IMG/VR virus record: IMGVR_UViG_3300034073_003276
Source of the DNA: a virus
Lineage: Duplodnaviria; Caudoviricetes
DNA length: 64,000 nt
Direction: 5' to 3' (one strand)
Positions 36,620 through 46,085 of the stretch are shown piece after piece. The first letter of the stretch is position 1. Every line of letters starts with the position of its first letter. The position numbers were made by a program, and so were the translations under genes. A model generated the notes under the pieces. It saw only the letters and a list, made by a program, of their open reading frames with translations. It made no database searches and was not told where the DNA came from.

Positions 36620-36793
36620 TTAAGAATTTTGATTATTTTTTAAGTTTTCCTCTTCAATATATTGTTGGAGAAGAGTAATGTAAACTTCCCTTTCCCAAGG
36701 TATAAGATTTTCTAGTTCAGTTAAAGACCATCGATGATGTTGTACAAGGGCAAAATTTGTCTTGTAATATGATGCAAGATCCTCATGCATCAT
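36620..36793 (-). CDS. gp51: baseplate hub assembly catalyst gp51 (57 aa), not in the ORF track
   Basis: MMHEDLASYYKTNFALVQHHRWSLTELENLIPWEREVY; follows gp26. Confidence 0.8.
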   Translation of the reverse strand: MMHEDLASYYKTNFALVQHHRWSLTELENLIPWEREVYITLLQQYIEEENLKNNQNS

Positions 36794-36795
36794 CG

Positions 36796-37515
36796 CTAGG
36801 CGAAAAAACTTGTTAGACCCTCCAAGACAACTTCACTTTCAACTCCAGTATTTGGATTCTTCACTTTAATTGTATGAGAAAGTTTTGGCATTGTTTCAAA
36901 AAACTTTTCAATGTCTTTGAATTGTTGAGAAGTGAGTTGCTCAAGAAATTCTTTCAATTCTTTTTTAGTCGAATCTGATGCTGCCCAAGATTCTTCTTCA
37001 CTATAAATCTGCTCAATACAAGAAATAATCATATCAAAAGTGTCATCAACAGAAATCTCTTCTCCAACTACAAAGTTACTCTTCACAAACTCTTGCATTG
37101 ATGGATATCTCATTCTCAGAGTTAGATTATCATCAAGTTTAATATCTCTCGAATGCTCCTTATCAAATTCAACTTGAATATCGTCTAAGTTGATACTCAT
37201 AGGAACTTGTGTAGTGCCATCATCAGGGCAGGTAATTAAAATATCAACCGACTCTCCAACAGATTTTCCTCGAATATTCAGAAACAAATATTCAATATCA
37301 AAGGTTGCAAGTTTCTCAACCTTGATTCCACGACTGATAATACAATTTCCAATTACATTCTTAACAGCTTCGGCAATTTGCTTTGGATCTTCACTTTCCA
37401 TCGCAATAATTAGAATTTTCTCCTCCTTCACAAGAAATGGACGATACTTAATGCTCTTTTTCAGTGAAGGAATTTCCAACTCATATGTTGGTGTAGATAT
37501 TTTTGGTAAAGGCAT
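36796..37515 (-). CDS. gp26: baseplate hub subunit gp26
   Basis: MPLPKI.TPTYEL..PS...IKYRPFLVKEEKIL; DIEYLFLNIRGKSVGE. Confidence 0.9.
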   Translation of the reverse strand: MPLPKISTPTYELEIPSLKKSIKYRPFLVKEEKILIIAMESEDPKQIAEAVKNVIGNCIISRGIKVEKLATFDIEYLFLNIRGKSVGESVDILITCPDDGTTQVPMSINLDDIQVEFDKEHSRDIKLDDNLTLRMRYPSMQEFVKSNFVVGEEISVDDTFDMIISCIEQIYSEEESWAASDSTKKELKEFLEQLTSQQFKDIEKFFETMPKLSHTIKVKNPNTGVESEVVLEGLTSFFA

Positions 37516-37545
37516 AATGACCTATAGAATTTCAGTTAAAATTAT

Positions 37546-38391
37546 TTAGAAGAGAGTTTCGGGGTTTGCTTGCGTAGATAATGGATTTGCTGATAAAGAT
37601 TCTGATGCAGTCTGAATTGTTTGATTAGTTTGCGTGCCAAAGGTGAAAGTTTCCTGAGATGCTCTGTAAACATCTTCTGCAGACTGTGGAGCGGATGGTG
37701 TATTTTGTGGTTGTAGAGGATTAAGATTATTGTTGTTTCCATTAAAGATATTGAATGAATTTGCCTTTCCAACAATGTATCTGTCATACTGGAAAGAAGC
37801 AGACACTTTCATAACATCGGATGCCATGTAAGAAACTGGAATAGAACTTATATTCAGAGGAAATAGTCCTCTGAAGTTGTATTCAATCTCTCTTCTATAA
37901 TCTCTATCAAACTTAACAATGGATACAGCATCTGCTTTGTAATATTTGGGATATTGCATCCTTACAAAATACCCATCTACATTTTGGTTGATTGGAGGAT
38001 TTTCTCCAGTAAGAGGTGTATTAGGATTACGATAAAAAGATCCACTTGCAATGAATTCCATCCAACACTCTAAGAAATTAAGCATTTGATAATCACTATC
38101 AACATAAAAATCTAGAGTGATTTCTGAATAAATTCTAGAGTTTGCAAACTTCTCCTGAACACCCATAAAGTTTCCATCAACCGTGAAAGAACCTAATGTA
38201 GTTGTTGGAAGAACAGCAGAATAGCAGAGAAGACCTGCACTTTCAGCAATAAATCTAGAGTTAATACCTTTATTACGGAGATATGACATTAACTGTGGTG
38301 GCAGAGTACCAAACTTCACCTCATAGTGAGAAGTTTGTGCCAGATTGGTCATCAATGGCTTAATATCAGATATTCTGCGGGGTGTTGCCAC
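37546..38391 (-). CDS. tail tube initiator gp54 / gp19-like protein
   Basis: LLC.SA.LP...F...R.YS.I.L.FYVD; P.NI..I..SY; divergent from gp4. Confidence 0.6.
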   Translation of the reverse strand: MATPRRISDIKPLMTNLAQTSHYEVKFGTLPPQLMSYLRNKGINSRFIAESAGLLCYSAVLPTTTLGSFTVDGNFMGVQEKFANSRIYSEITLDFYVDSDYQMLNFLECWMEFIASGSFYRNPNTPLTGENPPINQNVDGYFVRMQYPKYYKADAVSIVKFDRDYRREIEYNFRGLFPLNISSIPVSYMASDVMKVSASFQYDRYIVGKANSFNIFNGNNNNLNPLQPQNTPSAPQSAEDVYRASQETFTFGTQTNQTIQTASESLSANPLSTQANPETLF

Positions 38392-38393
38392 TC

Positions 38394-38432
38394 TAAATAC
38401 CTTATACGACTGTTTATATTATTAAGTATTTA
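38394..38432. promoter_or_regulatory. divergent pair of late promoters
   Basis: CTAAATAC on the + strand near 38393 and on the - strand near 38432. Confidence 0.6.
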
Positions 38433-38433
38433 G

Positions 38434-38871
38434 ATGTCATATAAAGGTAAATATAAACCATCATATCCAGAAAAATATAATGGTGACCCAACTAATATCA
38501 TCTATAGATCATTGTGGGAAAGAAAGTTTTGTGTATATTGCGACACCAACGAAAAAATAATTGAATGGTCATCTGAGGAAAAATGTATCCCTTATCGATC
38601 ACCTTTAGATGGGAGAATTCACAGATACTTTCCAGACTTTCTTATCAAGGTTAAAGAGTCTGATGGAAGCATCAAAAAATATATGATTGAGATTAAACCA
38701 TCGAAGCAAACTGTCCCTCCTACTAAACCAAAGAGGCAAACACAAAAATATATTGCTGAGGTCTATGAGTATGCTAAAAATCAATCAAAGTGGGAAGCAG
38801 CAAGAGAATGGTGTGCTGATAGAGGTTATGAGTTTAAAGTAATCACCGAGCACGAGTTAGGGATTAAGTAA
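38434..38871 (+). CDS. gp4: head completion protein gp4
   Basis: YKGKYKP..P.KY.GD..NIIYRSLWE; RYFPDF; EIKP. Confidence 0.92.
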   Translation: MSYKGKYKPSYPEKYNGDPTNIIYRSLWERKFCVYCDTNEKIIEWSSEEKCIPYRSPLDGRIHRYFPDFLIKVKESDGSIKKYMIEIKPSKQTVPPTKPKRQTQKYIAEVYEYAKNQSKWEAAREWCADRGYEFKVITEHELGIK

Positions 38872-39245
38872 TGCCAAGAAAAACTCTTCAACAAAGACAA
38901 AGAAGTCGCCTTGCTGGTCTTGTAAAAAAGTTTATTGGTACTGAAGATGCTGATGATACAATGATTGAAATTATGAATGTATTGACTGAATCTCCATTAC
39001 CTCCAGTAGCAGGAAAGTATTATGTTTTTGTTTACAATGCAAAAACTCCAAACATAAATTATGACCAAAATCCTTTTGTCTATGTGAAAAAAGTTTATAA
39101 CTGGGGATTTACTGGATTAAATTATCATTGGGGGAAAGATAGACAGTATACTTGGGATGAAATCGCGGGTAAGTTATATGAAATTTATCCATCCGAAATT
39201 GAAGACTTAAAAAGATTATCTTTCGGCAATGTCAGGACTAAATAG
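38871..39245 (+). CDS. DNA end protector gp2-like protein
   Basis: GKYYVF.YNAKT...YDQNP...GF.GLNYHW; adjacent to gp4. Confidence 0.55.
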   Translation: MPRKTLQQRQRSRLAGLVKKFIGTEDADDTMIEIMNVLTESPLPPVAGKYYVFVYNAKTPNINYDQNPFVYVKKVYNWGFTGLNYHWGKDRQYTWDEIAGKLYEIYPSEIEDLKRLSFGNVRTK

Positions 39246-39260
39246 TTCAAAAAAAAATAA

Positions 39261-40172
39261 ATGGCACCCACATTCAGGTATCCACAAAAAAGATTAGAAA
39301 ATAATACCGACTATGTGAAAATTGATGCTTATGAATATCGCCCTCCAGGTGTTGGGCAATTAAGTTCTACCAATTTTGTAGTACCAACTTCAGATACATA
39401 TTATCAATCTATAGGTCAAAAAGATATACGAGGTAGTGTTATTCTTCCAATTCCACAATCTTTACCAGTCAATTCACAATCTGCAGGATGGGGTTCTGGT
39501 GGTATGAGTGGTATAATAGCTGCTGGGGTAGGCGTTGCACAGGAAACAATAAAAGCGGGAAATTCATTTCAAGGTTTTGGTCAAGGAGTATCTGCTTTTA
39601 TTAAAAAAGTAACATCTTCGGCACAGACTGGATTGGGACAAAAAGCAATTCAAGATTTTTTTGCAACGAAAGCAGTTGAGCAGTTACTTGGAACCGATCC
39701 AAACTTATTTGGAGAACTTCTATCAAGAGATACTGGAGCAGTGATTAATGAAAATATTGAGTTACTTTTTAGAGGAGTAAGCTTGAGAGAGCCTTTTTCT
39801 TTAGCATTTGATTTATCACCAAGAGATGCTGATGAGGGAAGAGTAATTAAAGATTTGGCATATTTCTTAAAAAAGGAAATGTCACCAAGAAAAGGAACTA
39901 CATCAGGTGCTGCAGGAGGATTATTCTTAACTGCCCCAAGTGTTTTTAAAATTCAATATATGAGTGGTGGAAAACCCCACCCATATCTAAATAAGTACAA
40001 AATATGTGCCCTTCAAAATTTGGGATTAAACTTTACAGGTTCTAATACCTATGCAACTTATTCTGACGGCACACCCGTTCATATGCAGTTGACCTTACAA
40101 TTCCAAGAATTGACTCCAATTTACGCGGAAGATTACAACAGCACAGAAGGAGCAACAGGAGTCGGATACTAA
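39261..40172 (+). CDS. gp48: baseplate tail-tube cap gp48
   Basis: N.NIELLF.GV.LR.F.L.F...PR...E; FL.AP.VF.I.Y; C.L....NFT...Y.TY.DG.P....L.FQEL. Confidence 0.88.
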   Translation: MAPTFRYPQKRLENNTDYVKIDAYEYRPPGVGQLSSTNFVVPTSDTYYQSIGQKDIRGSVILPIPQSLPVNSQSAGWGSGGMSGIIAAGVGVAQETIKAGNSFQGFGQGVSAFIKKVTSSAQTGLGQKAIQDFFATKAVEQLLGTDPNLFGELLSRDTGAVINENIELLFRGVSLREPFSLAFDLSPRDADEGRVIKDLAYFLKKEMSPRKGTTSGAAGGLFLTAPSVFKIQYMSGGKPHPYLNKYKICALQNLGLNFTGSNTYATYSDGTPVHMQLTLQFQELTPIYAEDYNSTEGATGVGY

Positions 40173-40864
40173 TGACTTACTTCAGAGAACTACCCAACTT
40201 AGAATATCAGTCATTCCTATCAGATTCTAATTCATCTGATCAGTATTTGATTGTCAAGAATCTTTTCCGTAGAGTCAAACTGCGTGATGACTTACAAAAT
40301 GTTTTTACTGTCTTTGACAAATATCAAATTCCAGATGGGTCTAGACCAGAATTAGTTGCTCAAGAACTTTATGGTAGCACTCAATATGATTGGGTAGTCA
40401 TCGTATCTGCAGGAATCACAAGACTCAGAGACCAATGGCCACTTTCCGATAAGCAAGTTTATGATTATGCAGAGTCAATTTATGGAAATAATTTGAATGC
40501 GATTCATCATTACGAAACTACAGAAGTCAGAGACTCAGAAGATAGATTAATTCTTCCTGCTGGTCAAGTTGTAGATGCAGACTTTAAGGTTTCTTACTAT
40601 GATGATGGCACTCTTTATACAAATGATGCAACAAGATTAGGAGATGATGTGATTCGTATTCCAGATCCTATAGTAGGAGTGAGTAATTATGAGTATGAAG
40701 TGAGAAAGAATAATGATAAGAGAGGTATCTATGTATTAAAACCAAGATACCTACAGCAAGTTATTAATGACACAAGAAAAGCGATGATTTATGATAGGTC
40801 ATCGCAGTATGTAAATGATACTCTAATTAAAACTGAGAATACTAAATCAACTATTCCATTTTAA
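40172..40864 (+). CDS. gp53: baseplate wedge protein gp53
   Basis: YF..LP...Y; G.RPE.VA..LYG...YDWVV; IHHYET. Confidence 0.9.
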   Translation: MTYFRELPNLEYQSFLSDSNSSDQYLIVKNLFRRVKLRDDLQNVFTVFDKYQIPDGSRPELVAQELYGSTQYDWVVIVSAGITRLRDQWPLSDKQVYDYAESIYGNNLNAIHHYETTEVRDSEDRLILPAGQVVDADFKVSYYDDGTLYTNDATRLGDDVIRIPDPIVGVSNYEYEVRKNNDKRGIYVLKPRYLQQVINDTRKAMIYDRSSQYVNDTLIKTENTKSTIPF

Positions 40865-41440
40865 TTCTAGATTCTTATCAAAAACTATCACATAACGGTG
40901 CTTGCGGGAGCGTTCTTTCCATTCTCCCTCAGCACCTTTTACTTTTCCACGAGAGTGCTTAGTTCCGTCTGAATAGTAGAAATCTTTTTTTGGATCTGTG
41001 AGACCCATATACTTAAAGTTACAAGCGCGATAGATTGTGCCAGAATGAAAATCACTATCAGCGTAAGAGATAATTGCCTTAACTTCAGTATCTTTTCGTA
41101 ACTGTCTAATCGCTTTTGAAACAAACCAAGAAGTGATATTATACTCGCTCTGTTGAGTTTGTGGATGAATGCAGAGTCGTGAAAGTTCGAATAATCCTTG
41201 TTGTTCATTTCTCTCTAATCCAAAGGCACCTTTTGCGATTTCAGGAACAGGAAGTCCAGTGAAAATACAGACCCCAACAGGACCTCCAATATTTAACACA
41301 TCTGTAAAAGATTTTTTATATAAAGAATAATTATATCCACTTTTGAAATCTTTTGATATGTCTTTTAGATAATGGTAATTATACAATAATTCTTTTATTT
41401 CTGATTTGGGAACCCTTTGAATATAATAATCACTTTTCAT
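40847..41440 (-). CDS. Mom-like DNA modification protein (GNAT fold)
   Basis: ELSRLC, ISYAD...H.GTIY.A.NF.Y.G motifs of the Mu Mom family; start trimmed to MKSDYY. Confidence 0.7.
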   Translation of the reverse strand: MKSDYYIQRVPKSEIKELLYNYHYLKDISKDFKSGYNYSLYKKSFTDVLNIGGPVGVCIFTGLPVPEIAKGAFGLERNEQQGLFELSRLCIHPQTQQSEYNITSWFVSKAIRQLRKDTEVKAIISYADSDFHSGTIYRACNFKYMGLTDPKKDFYYSDGTKHSRGKVKGAEGEWKERSRKHRYVIVFDKNLELKWNS

Positions 41441-42101
41441 AAAAAACACTATACTTGTAAATATAATATTTTGATCTACCAGTCATTTTTACAGCATCTT
41501 TTATGCAATCATATACTACGCCATTATAGCATAGTTTTCTCGCTCTTGGATTTTTACCTCCCATTATATCTGAATTTTGAATACCCTTATTCCAAGGTTT
41601 TCTTCCCTTACAAGAATCACTTATTTTTTTCCTAACTTCTGGTCTTTTAGTTGGATTTTTATCTCCAACTAATTTTCCTCTTGCTCTTAAACCTTTTTCT
41701 ATATCTGACTGTCTTCTTTTTTCAGTAATAGTCTTTGGAGTTCCTCTATTTGCTTCTGCAATTTTTCTTTTATGAGATTCTGATAAAGGTTTTCCAAGTC
41801 TTGCTTTTCTTCTATTTTCAATATCCTTTTCAGTCATTATTTTTCCAGAACATCCATCCCCACCATTAGTTTTATTATGAAGAATTCCAGTTCCTAGATC
41901 TTTTCTGCCAAACACAGCAATCATATAGATTTCGTGATTAAATGCTTGTTCCTCTGTAAGATTTCTTTTTAAAAATAAAATTCTTTCCTTTGATGGTGGA
42001 TAAAAACTTCCGTGTTTTAAAAATGCTCTTCTACCCTTTCCCTTACCAATATAATAGGGTGTCCCATCTTCACGCAAATATGCGTAAGTATAATAGTCCA
42101 T
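41430..42101 (-). CDS. GIY-YIG homing endonuclease with NUMOD3-like repeats
   Basis: YYTYAYLREDGTPYYIGKG; HNKTNGGDG; LSESHKRKI. Confidence 0.85.
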   Translation of the reverse strand: MDYYTYAYLREDGTPYYIGKGKGRRAFLKHGSFYPPSKERILFLKRNLTEEQAFNHEIYMIAVFGRKDLGTGILHNKTNGGDGCSGKIMTEKDIENRRKARLGKPLSESHKRKIAEANRGTPKTITEKRRQSDIEKGLRARGKLVGDKNPTKRPEVRKKISDSCKGRKPWNKGIQNSDIMGGKNPRARKLCYNGVVYDCIKDAVKMTGRSKYYIYKYSVFYEK

Positions 42102-42102
42102 C

Positions 42103-42200
42103 TGCTTCTAAATTAAGGTCGCAATAGTATTTATAATAAAATAGGGTGGATTTCTCCACCCTTCTCTAAAAGTGCGACCTTGTTAGAGCATTAGTATTTA
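42103..42200 (-). promoter_or_regulatory. homing-endonuclease control module (third instance)
   Basis: TAAATA 42200-42195; arm 42181-42173; GAAA hairpin 42162-42143; TATAAATA 42135-42128; complementary arm 42123-42115. Confidence 0.75.
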
Positions 42201-42204
42201 GACA

Positions 42205-43137
42205 TCAATCATCAGATGCTAATTTTGCGAAATACGAAAGCGCATCATCGTCCTCATCTTCTTCTGCCGCAGGAGCAGCAGCGCGGCGAGTTGGTTTCAG
42301 ATTGCTGATTTCCTCACGAAGGTCATCAGTCAACTCACGGGAAGACCCACGAGTATATTCTTCCTCTTCACCTTCTTCGACATCAAGACGCACATTTGCT
42401 TTCGATCCAAGCACAGAATGAAGACGTGCTTTCAGTTCTTCATAAGTCTTGAATTGATCGGGAGAAACAAATTCAGCAAGAGAATACTGCTTCTTCCAGA
42501 TTGCTTCCAGAGCATCATCATCATCCAGCAAAGCACTCTGAGGAGCAAACTCACTGGAATCATAGTTACGATAACCAGCAACATTCTTTGCCTTCAGTTT
42601 GAAGTTGGCGCCTTGCCAGAAGTCAAACGGATCGATTGCTTCTTCATCTTCAAACTCAGGTTGCATTGCAGCAGTCAGTTTGTCAAAGATCTTCTTACCA
42701 TACTTGAAGAGGAAGACTTTACCTTCATTTTCAGGATTGGCAGGATCTTTTACCACATAGATGTTGGAAACATAAGTCAGTTTGCGCTTCTGCTTACGTG
42801 CAACCTCTTTACCAGCATCAGTGCCGTTATTCCAGAGACCAGAGTTGTGCTCACATACAGGGCACTTTTGATTCATAGTCGTCAGGCAGGTGTCAATCAA
42901 CCAACCACCAGGACCTTGGAATGCGTGACTATAAACCTTCACAAAAGGAATGTCTTCACCATCAGGGGCAGGCAGAAAACGGATTACGGCATATCCATTA
43001 CCGCTTTTATCTACGTCCATTTTCCACAGACGATCATCGGAAGGACTTCCAATAGTATTCATTTTTTCTACTTCTTTCACCAGTTTTGCGGTGAGAGAAC
43101 CAAGTTTAGATTGTTTTTTAAGGTCGGAAAAACCCAT
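42205..43137 (-). CDS. gp32: single-stranded DNA-binding protein gp32
   Basis: D.RLWK..VDKSGNGYAVIRFLP; HAFQGPGGW; CPVC; acidic tail LSYFAKLA. Confidence 0.95.
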   Translation of the reverse strand: MGFSDLKKQSKLGSLTAKLVKEVEKMNTIGSPSDDRLWKMDVDKSGNGYAVIRFLPAPDGEDIPFVKVYSHAFQGPGGWLIDTCLTTMNQKCPVCEHNSGLWNNGTDAGKEVARKQKRKLTYVSNIYVVKDPANPENEGKVFLFKYGKKIFDKLTAAMQPEFEDEEAIDPFDFWQGANFKLKAKNVAGYRNYDSSEFAPQSALLDDDDALEAIWKKQYSLAEFVSPDQFKTYEELKARLHSVLGSKANVRLDVEEGEEEEYTRGSSRELTDDLREEISNLKPTRRAAAPAAEEDEDDDALSYFAKLASDD

Positions 43138-43183
43138 TTGGATACCTCGGATAAATTGGATTCGGGGGATTACTCGGATAGTA

Positions 43184-43212
43184 TAACAGGGATTCCCTCA
43201 ACCGTCAATGTA
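43184..43212 (-). promoter_or_regulatory. sigma70-type promoter for gp32
   Basis: TTGACG-17 nt-TATACT. Confidence 0.7.
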
Positions 43213-43530
43213 TTGTTTGAGGGATTGGATAGTCTTGGTCATACTATTGAATAAGATTTGCATATCAGTCTCTGGTGGGAAACCCATCAGTGCGACTGAT
43301 TTGCGTAGGTTATCTTTCATCTCAACCGCTTTAGGGTCGTCTGAAAGGGACAACCTAGTATACATCACTCTTTGCTTTTCTAGCAAGGATTCAAGTTTTT
43401 CAATATGCTCCAGTTTGGTTTCACGGTCCATCATACCAAAAGTCAAAAGACTTCCGTAGATACTTTCTTGTAACTGATTGATTTCTTTCAGTTCATCTTG
43501 AATAATATCGGAGTCAAAAAAGTTACTCAT
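43198..43530 (-). CDS. DUF1825-like cyanobacterial/cyanophage protein
   Basis: FF.SDIIQ.E; EKQR.MYTRLSLSDDP. Confidence 0.7.
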   Translation of the reverse strand: MSNFFDSDIIQDELKEINQLQESIYGSLLTFGMMDRETKLEHIEKLESLLEKQRVMYTRLSLSDDPKAVEMKDNLRKSVALMGFPPETDMQILFNSMTKTIQSLKQYIDG

Positions 43531-44119
43531 TTATAATGTCCCGTAAAATTTTCTTAAACTGGAATATGTCAGTATTTATGAATGGAGTGTATTTTTTTAT
43601 TTTCAAACTTACGGTTTCCCACACAGGGTCGTCAAGTTTTTTATCAAAAGTTTTTGAGAAACCAAATATTTTTTCGTATATTGTTAAGGTTTCTAGCGAC
43701 AATTGCCCGCTTAGAAACTTTTTGAGGATGATTGGGTGTCCTTTGGAACAATTGAAAACATCCTCTAATTTGTTCTCCGAGAGCAATTCGTTGCTTTGCT
43801 CTTTGAATAAGTAAGTCAAACTCTGTTGTCTCCGCATCCATTCTGCGTATGTTCTTTCGCCAGAATTTATAATTTCTCCAATCCATAAGTTTTGTGGGTT
43901 GTCTGCAGATACAAAGTTTGATACAAGAAAATTTACGACTTCTTTGTCATCATACTTACGCGAAGTTTTTTCAAACCAGTATTTGTCCTTTCTTTTATTG
44001 AAAGAAGTTACACTGGCACGGGTCTTCGCACCGTATTTAAAGAAGTCGTATTTTGGATTTGTGAAATGATTTTTAAGTGACAAATAATGTTGATAAGTTT
44101 CAAAAGGAGTCACAATCAT
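43523..44119 (-). CDS. gp59: helicase loader gp59
   Basis: YLSLKNHFT...YD.FKY; F.KRKDKY.FEK. Confidence 0.85.
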   Translation of the reverse strand: MIVTPFETYQHYLSLKNHFTNPKYDFFKYGAKTRASVTSFNKRKDKYWFEKTSRKYDDKEVVNFLVSNFVSADNPQNLWIGEIINSGERTYAEWMRRQQSLTYLFKEQSNELLSENKLEDVFNCSKGHPIILKKFLSGQLSLETLTIYEKIFGFSKTFDKKLDDPVWETVSLKIKKYTPFINTDIFQFKKILRDIINE

Positions 44120-44376
44120 AGAGGCAGTTTTGCTCGGGAAGTTTTCTTCATAAAGTTAAGACGAATGGCATCCCATTTCAGTCTTTCTTTAAGTGGTTTT
44201 GAAATAAGTTTCGTTACTGAGTCTACTTCAAGATTATTGATTTCGCAATAATGACAAATAGCATCAATGTAATTCATATTCTCCACTGCCACAATGTTCT
44301 CTATTTCTAGAGCAAACTTAGAGGGCGTAAGAAACTTATTTTCTATGACTTGTTCTAATTCTTTATTGGGTTCCAT
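44116..44376 (-). CDS. gp33: late transcription co-activator gp33
   Basis: F..EIE.IV....NYIDAI.HYCE.N.LE...KLISKPLKE; start trimmed to 44376. Confidence 0.85.
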   Translation of the reverse strand: MEPNKELEQVIENKFLTPSKFALEIENIVAVENMNYIDAICHYCEINNLEVDSVTKLISKPLKERLKWDAIRLNFMKKTSRAKLPL

Positions 44377-45046
44377 ATGATTCCAATTTATCTCTAACAA
44401 ACTCTCTAATGTATTCGGTGAGTAGTTTGATGTATTTTGTTTTGTCTCTTTCTTCATAGACGACGCATTCTCCATTTTCGCAAGCCATAATAATTACAAG
44501 TTTTTTAACTGGAATACCAGTCAGTTCGTAAAGCATACAACCATATGCCATACATTGAACAAAATAGTGTTCGATCCACTCTCGTGGTTTTGGTTTTTTA
44601 GAAGTCTTAAAGTCTATGATTGACAATTCTCCATCAAACTCTGCTATACAGTCAACAGTGCCAGCAATGCCTAGTTGTTTACTGTAGAGTGACCCTTCAA
44701 GAGCATGAATATTATTTATACGATTGAGAGTTGACTTAGAAATCTTGAATAAGAAATCAGACAGAGGTTGAACTTCTGGAAGAGTCTCATTTTTTAAATG
44801 ATACTCAACAAGTGTGTGCATATCAGTGCCACGACTTGTTGCTTGTCGAGTAATCTTATCTGCTTCTTCTTCACCAACTTTTTTTCGCCAGTTAATAAAT
44901 ATCTGGCGATTTTTATGACTGGTGACAGAAGTGATAGAAACAAGTTTGATTAATTCATGATTATCAGGAACTTTATAGTATCTTACCCCATCAATTGTTT
45001 CTCTTTCGAGTTGGGGTAAATTCAAATCAATGTGATTAAATATCAA
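44363..45046 (-). CDS. PD-(D/E)XK exonuclease
   Basis: SITSV, RGT.MH, AGTVDCIAE, IIDFKTS. Confidence 0.85.
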   Translation of the reverse strand: MIFNHIDLNLPQLERETIDGVRYYKVPDNHELIKLVSITSVTSHKNRQIFINWRKKVGEEEADKITRQATSRGTDMHTLVEYHLKNETLPEVQPLSDFLFKISKSTLNRINNIHALEGSLYSKQLGIAGTVDCIAEFDGELSIIDFKTSKKPKPREWIEHYFVQCMAYGCMLYELTGIPVKKLVIIMACENGECVVYEERDKTKYIKLLTEYIREFVRDKLESYGTQ

Positions 45047-45795
45047 AAACCTGCCTCCATTTTTGCGGTGATGTATTCCTTGACAAGTCCAGAGCGAACA
45101 ATATCTTCTATACCAAATTCAATTATATCAAAGGAAGGCATTTTACGCAAGACTGACATAAAATCTACAATACCATTTCTTTCATTTGTCTTTTGTAAAT
45201 CAGACTGAGTGGCATCACCACAAAACATAATCTTAGTATTTTCACCAACGCGGGTGATAATAGAATCTAATTCATGGAAGTTTAGATTCTGAAACTCATC
45301 GACAATAATAATAGCGTTATCAAGAGTTGTACCACGAAGGAATGAAGTAGACCAAAACTTGATTGTTTCTTGTGACTTTAGATTTCCATAAAGCATTTCA
45401 AAATCAGCATCAGAAGGCATCTGGAACATATACTTTACCATATTCTTATAAGGAATTTGGTAAATGTCTGCCTTATCATCGTGACTTCCAGGCAAGAATC
45501 CAATTTCACGAGTAGCAACTAGTGAGCGGACAATATAAACTCTTTCGTATGGACTTCTTTCATTCAATACATCTTGAATAGCATTATAAAGTGTGATAAA
45601 CGTTTTACCAGTTCCAGCGCATCCATAGGCAACCAAGTGCTTTTGCTCTTTATAAGATTCAAATAACTTTCTTTGGTTGTCTGTAAGAGGTTCAATATCT
45701 ACAAGATATTCAGAACTCAGTGGTTTTTTGCGCTTCATTTGACGAGTAGTAAGACCAACCCCGATTGGTTGCTCTGCTCTTTTTCTTCTTGCCAT
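45043..45795 (-). CDS. phoH: PhoH-family ATPase
   Basis: G.AGTGKT, GFLPG, FLRGTTL, IVDE.QN, GD..QSDL. Confidence 0.95.
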   Translation of the reverse strand: MARRKRAEQPIGVGLTTRQMKRKKPLSSEYLVDIEPLTDNQRKLFESYKEQKHLVAYGCAGTGKTFITLYNAIQDVLNERSPYERVYIVRSLVATREIGFLPGSHDDKADIYQIPYKNMVKYMFQMPSDADFEMLYGNLKSQETIKFWSTSFLRGTTLDNAIIIVDEFQNLNFHELDSIITRVGENTKIMFCGDATQSDLQKTNERNGIVDFMSVLRKMPSFDIIEFGIEDIVRSGLVKEYITAKMEAGF

Positions 45796-45801
45796 AGTTG
45801 G

Positions 45802-46050
45802 TTATAGTTTTTTTACAGTTGATCCAGGTGCTTTACTTGCTTTTTCTAAGACATCATTCCATCCAGGATTTTTACTTACAAGTTTATTCCTCCACTCACC
45901 AACTTCTCCTGGTTGAGGGCAAGTTGATGGGTCGGACCAATCACGAATCCAATCAGGATTATCAGTTTTCCACTGGTCCCAGTCGTGGATACTCATTTCC
46001 ACTTCTTTCTGTTCACCAGTTTTGGTATTGACTATCGGATATACAGGCAT
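45802..46050 (-). CDS. conserved T4-like/cyanophage small protein (FmdB-like N-terminus)
   Basis: MPVYP..N.KTGE..E; GWNDVL.K..K.PGS. Confidence 0.7.
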   Translation of the reverse strand: MPVYPIVNTKTGEQKEVEMSIHDWDQWKTDNPDWIRDWSDPSTCPQPGEVGEWRNKLVSKNPGWNDVLEKASKAPGSTVKKL

Positions 46051-46085
46051 AAAGTTACGAATTCAAGATAATTTATTTAGAGTCA

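Noticed and set aside
42418-43254. 278 aa plus-strand ORF
   Set aside because: Antisense shadow of gp32 with no recognisable domain.
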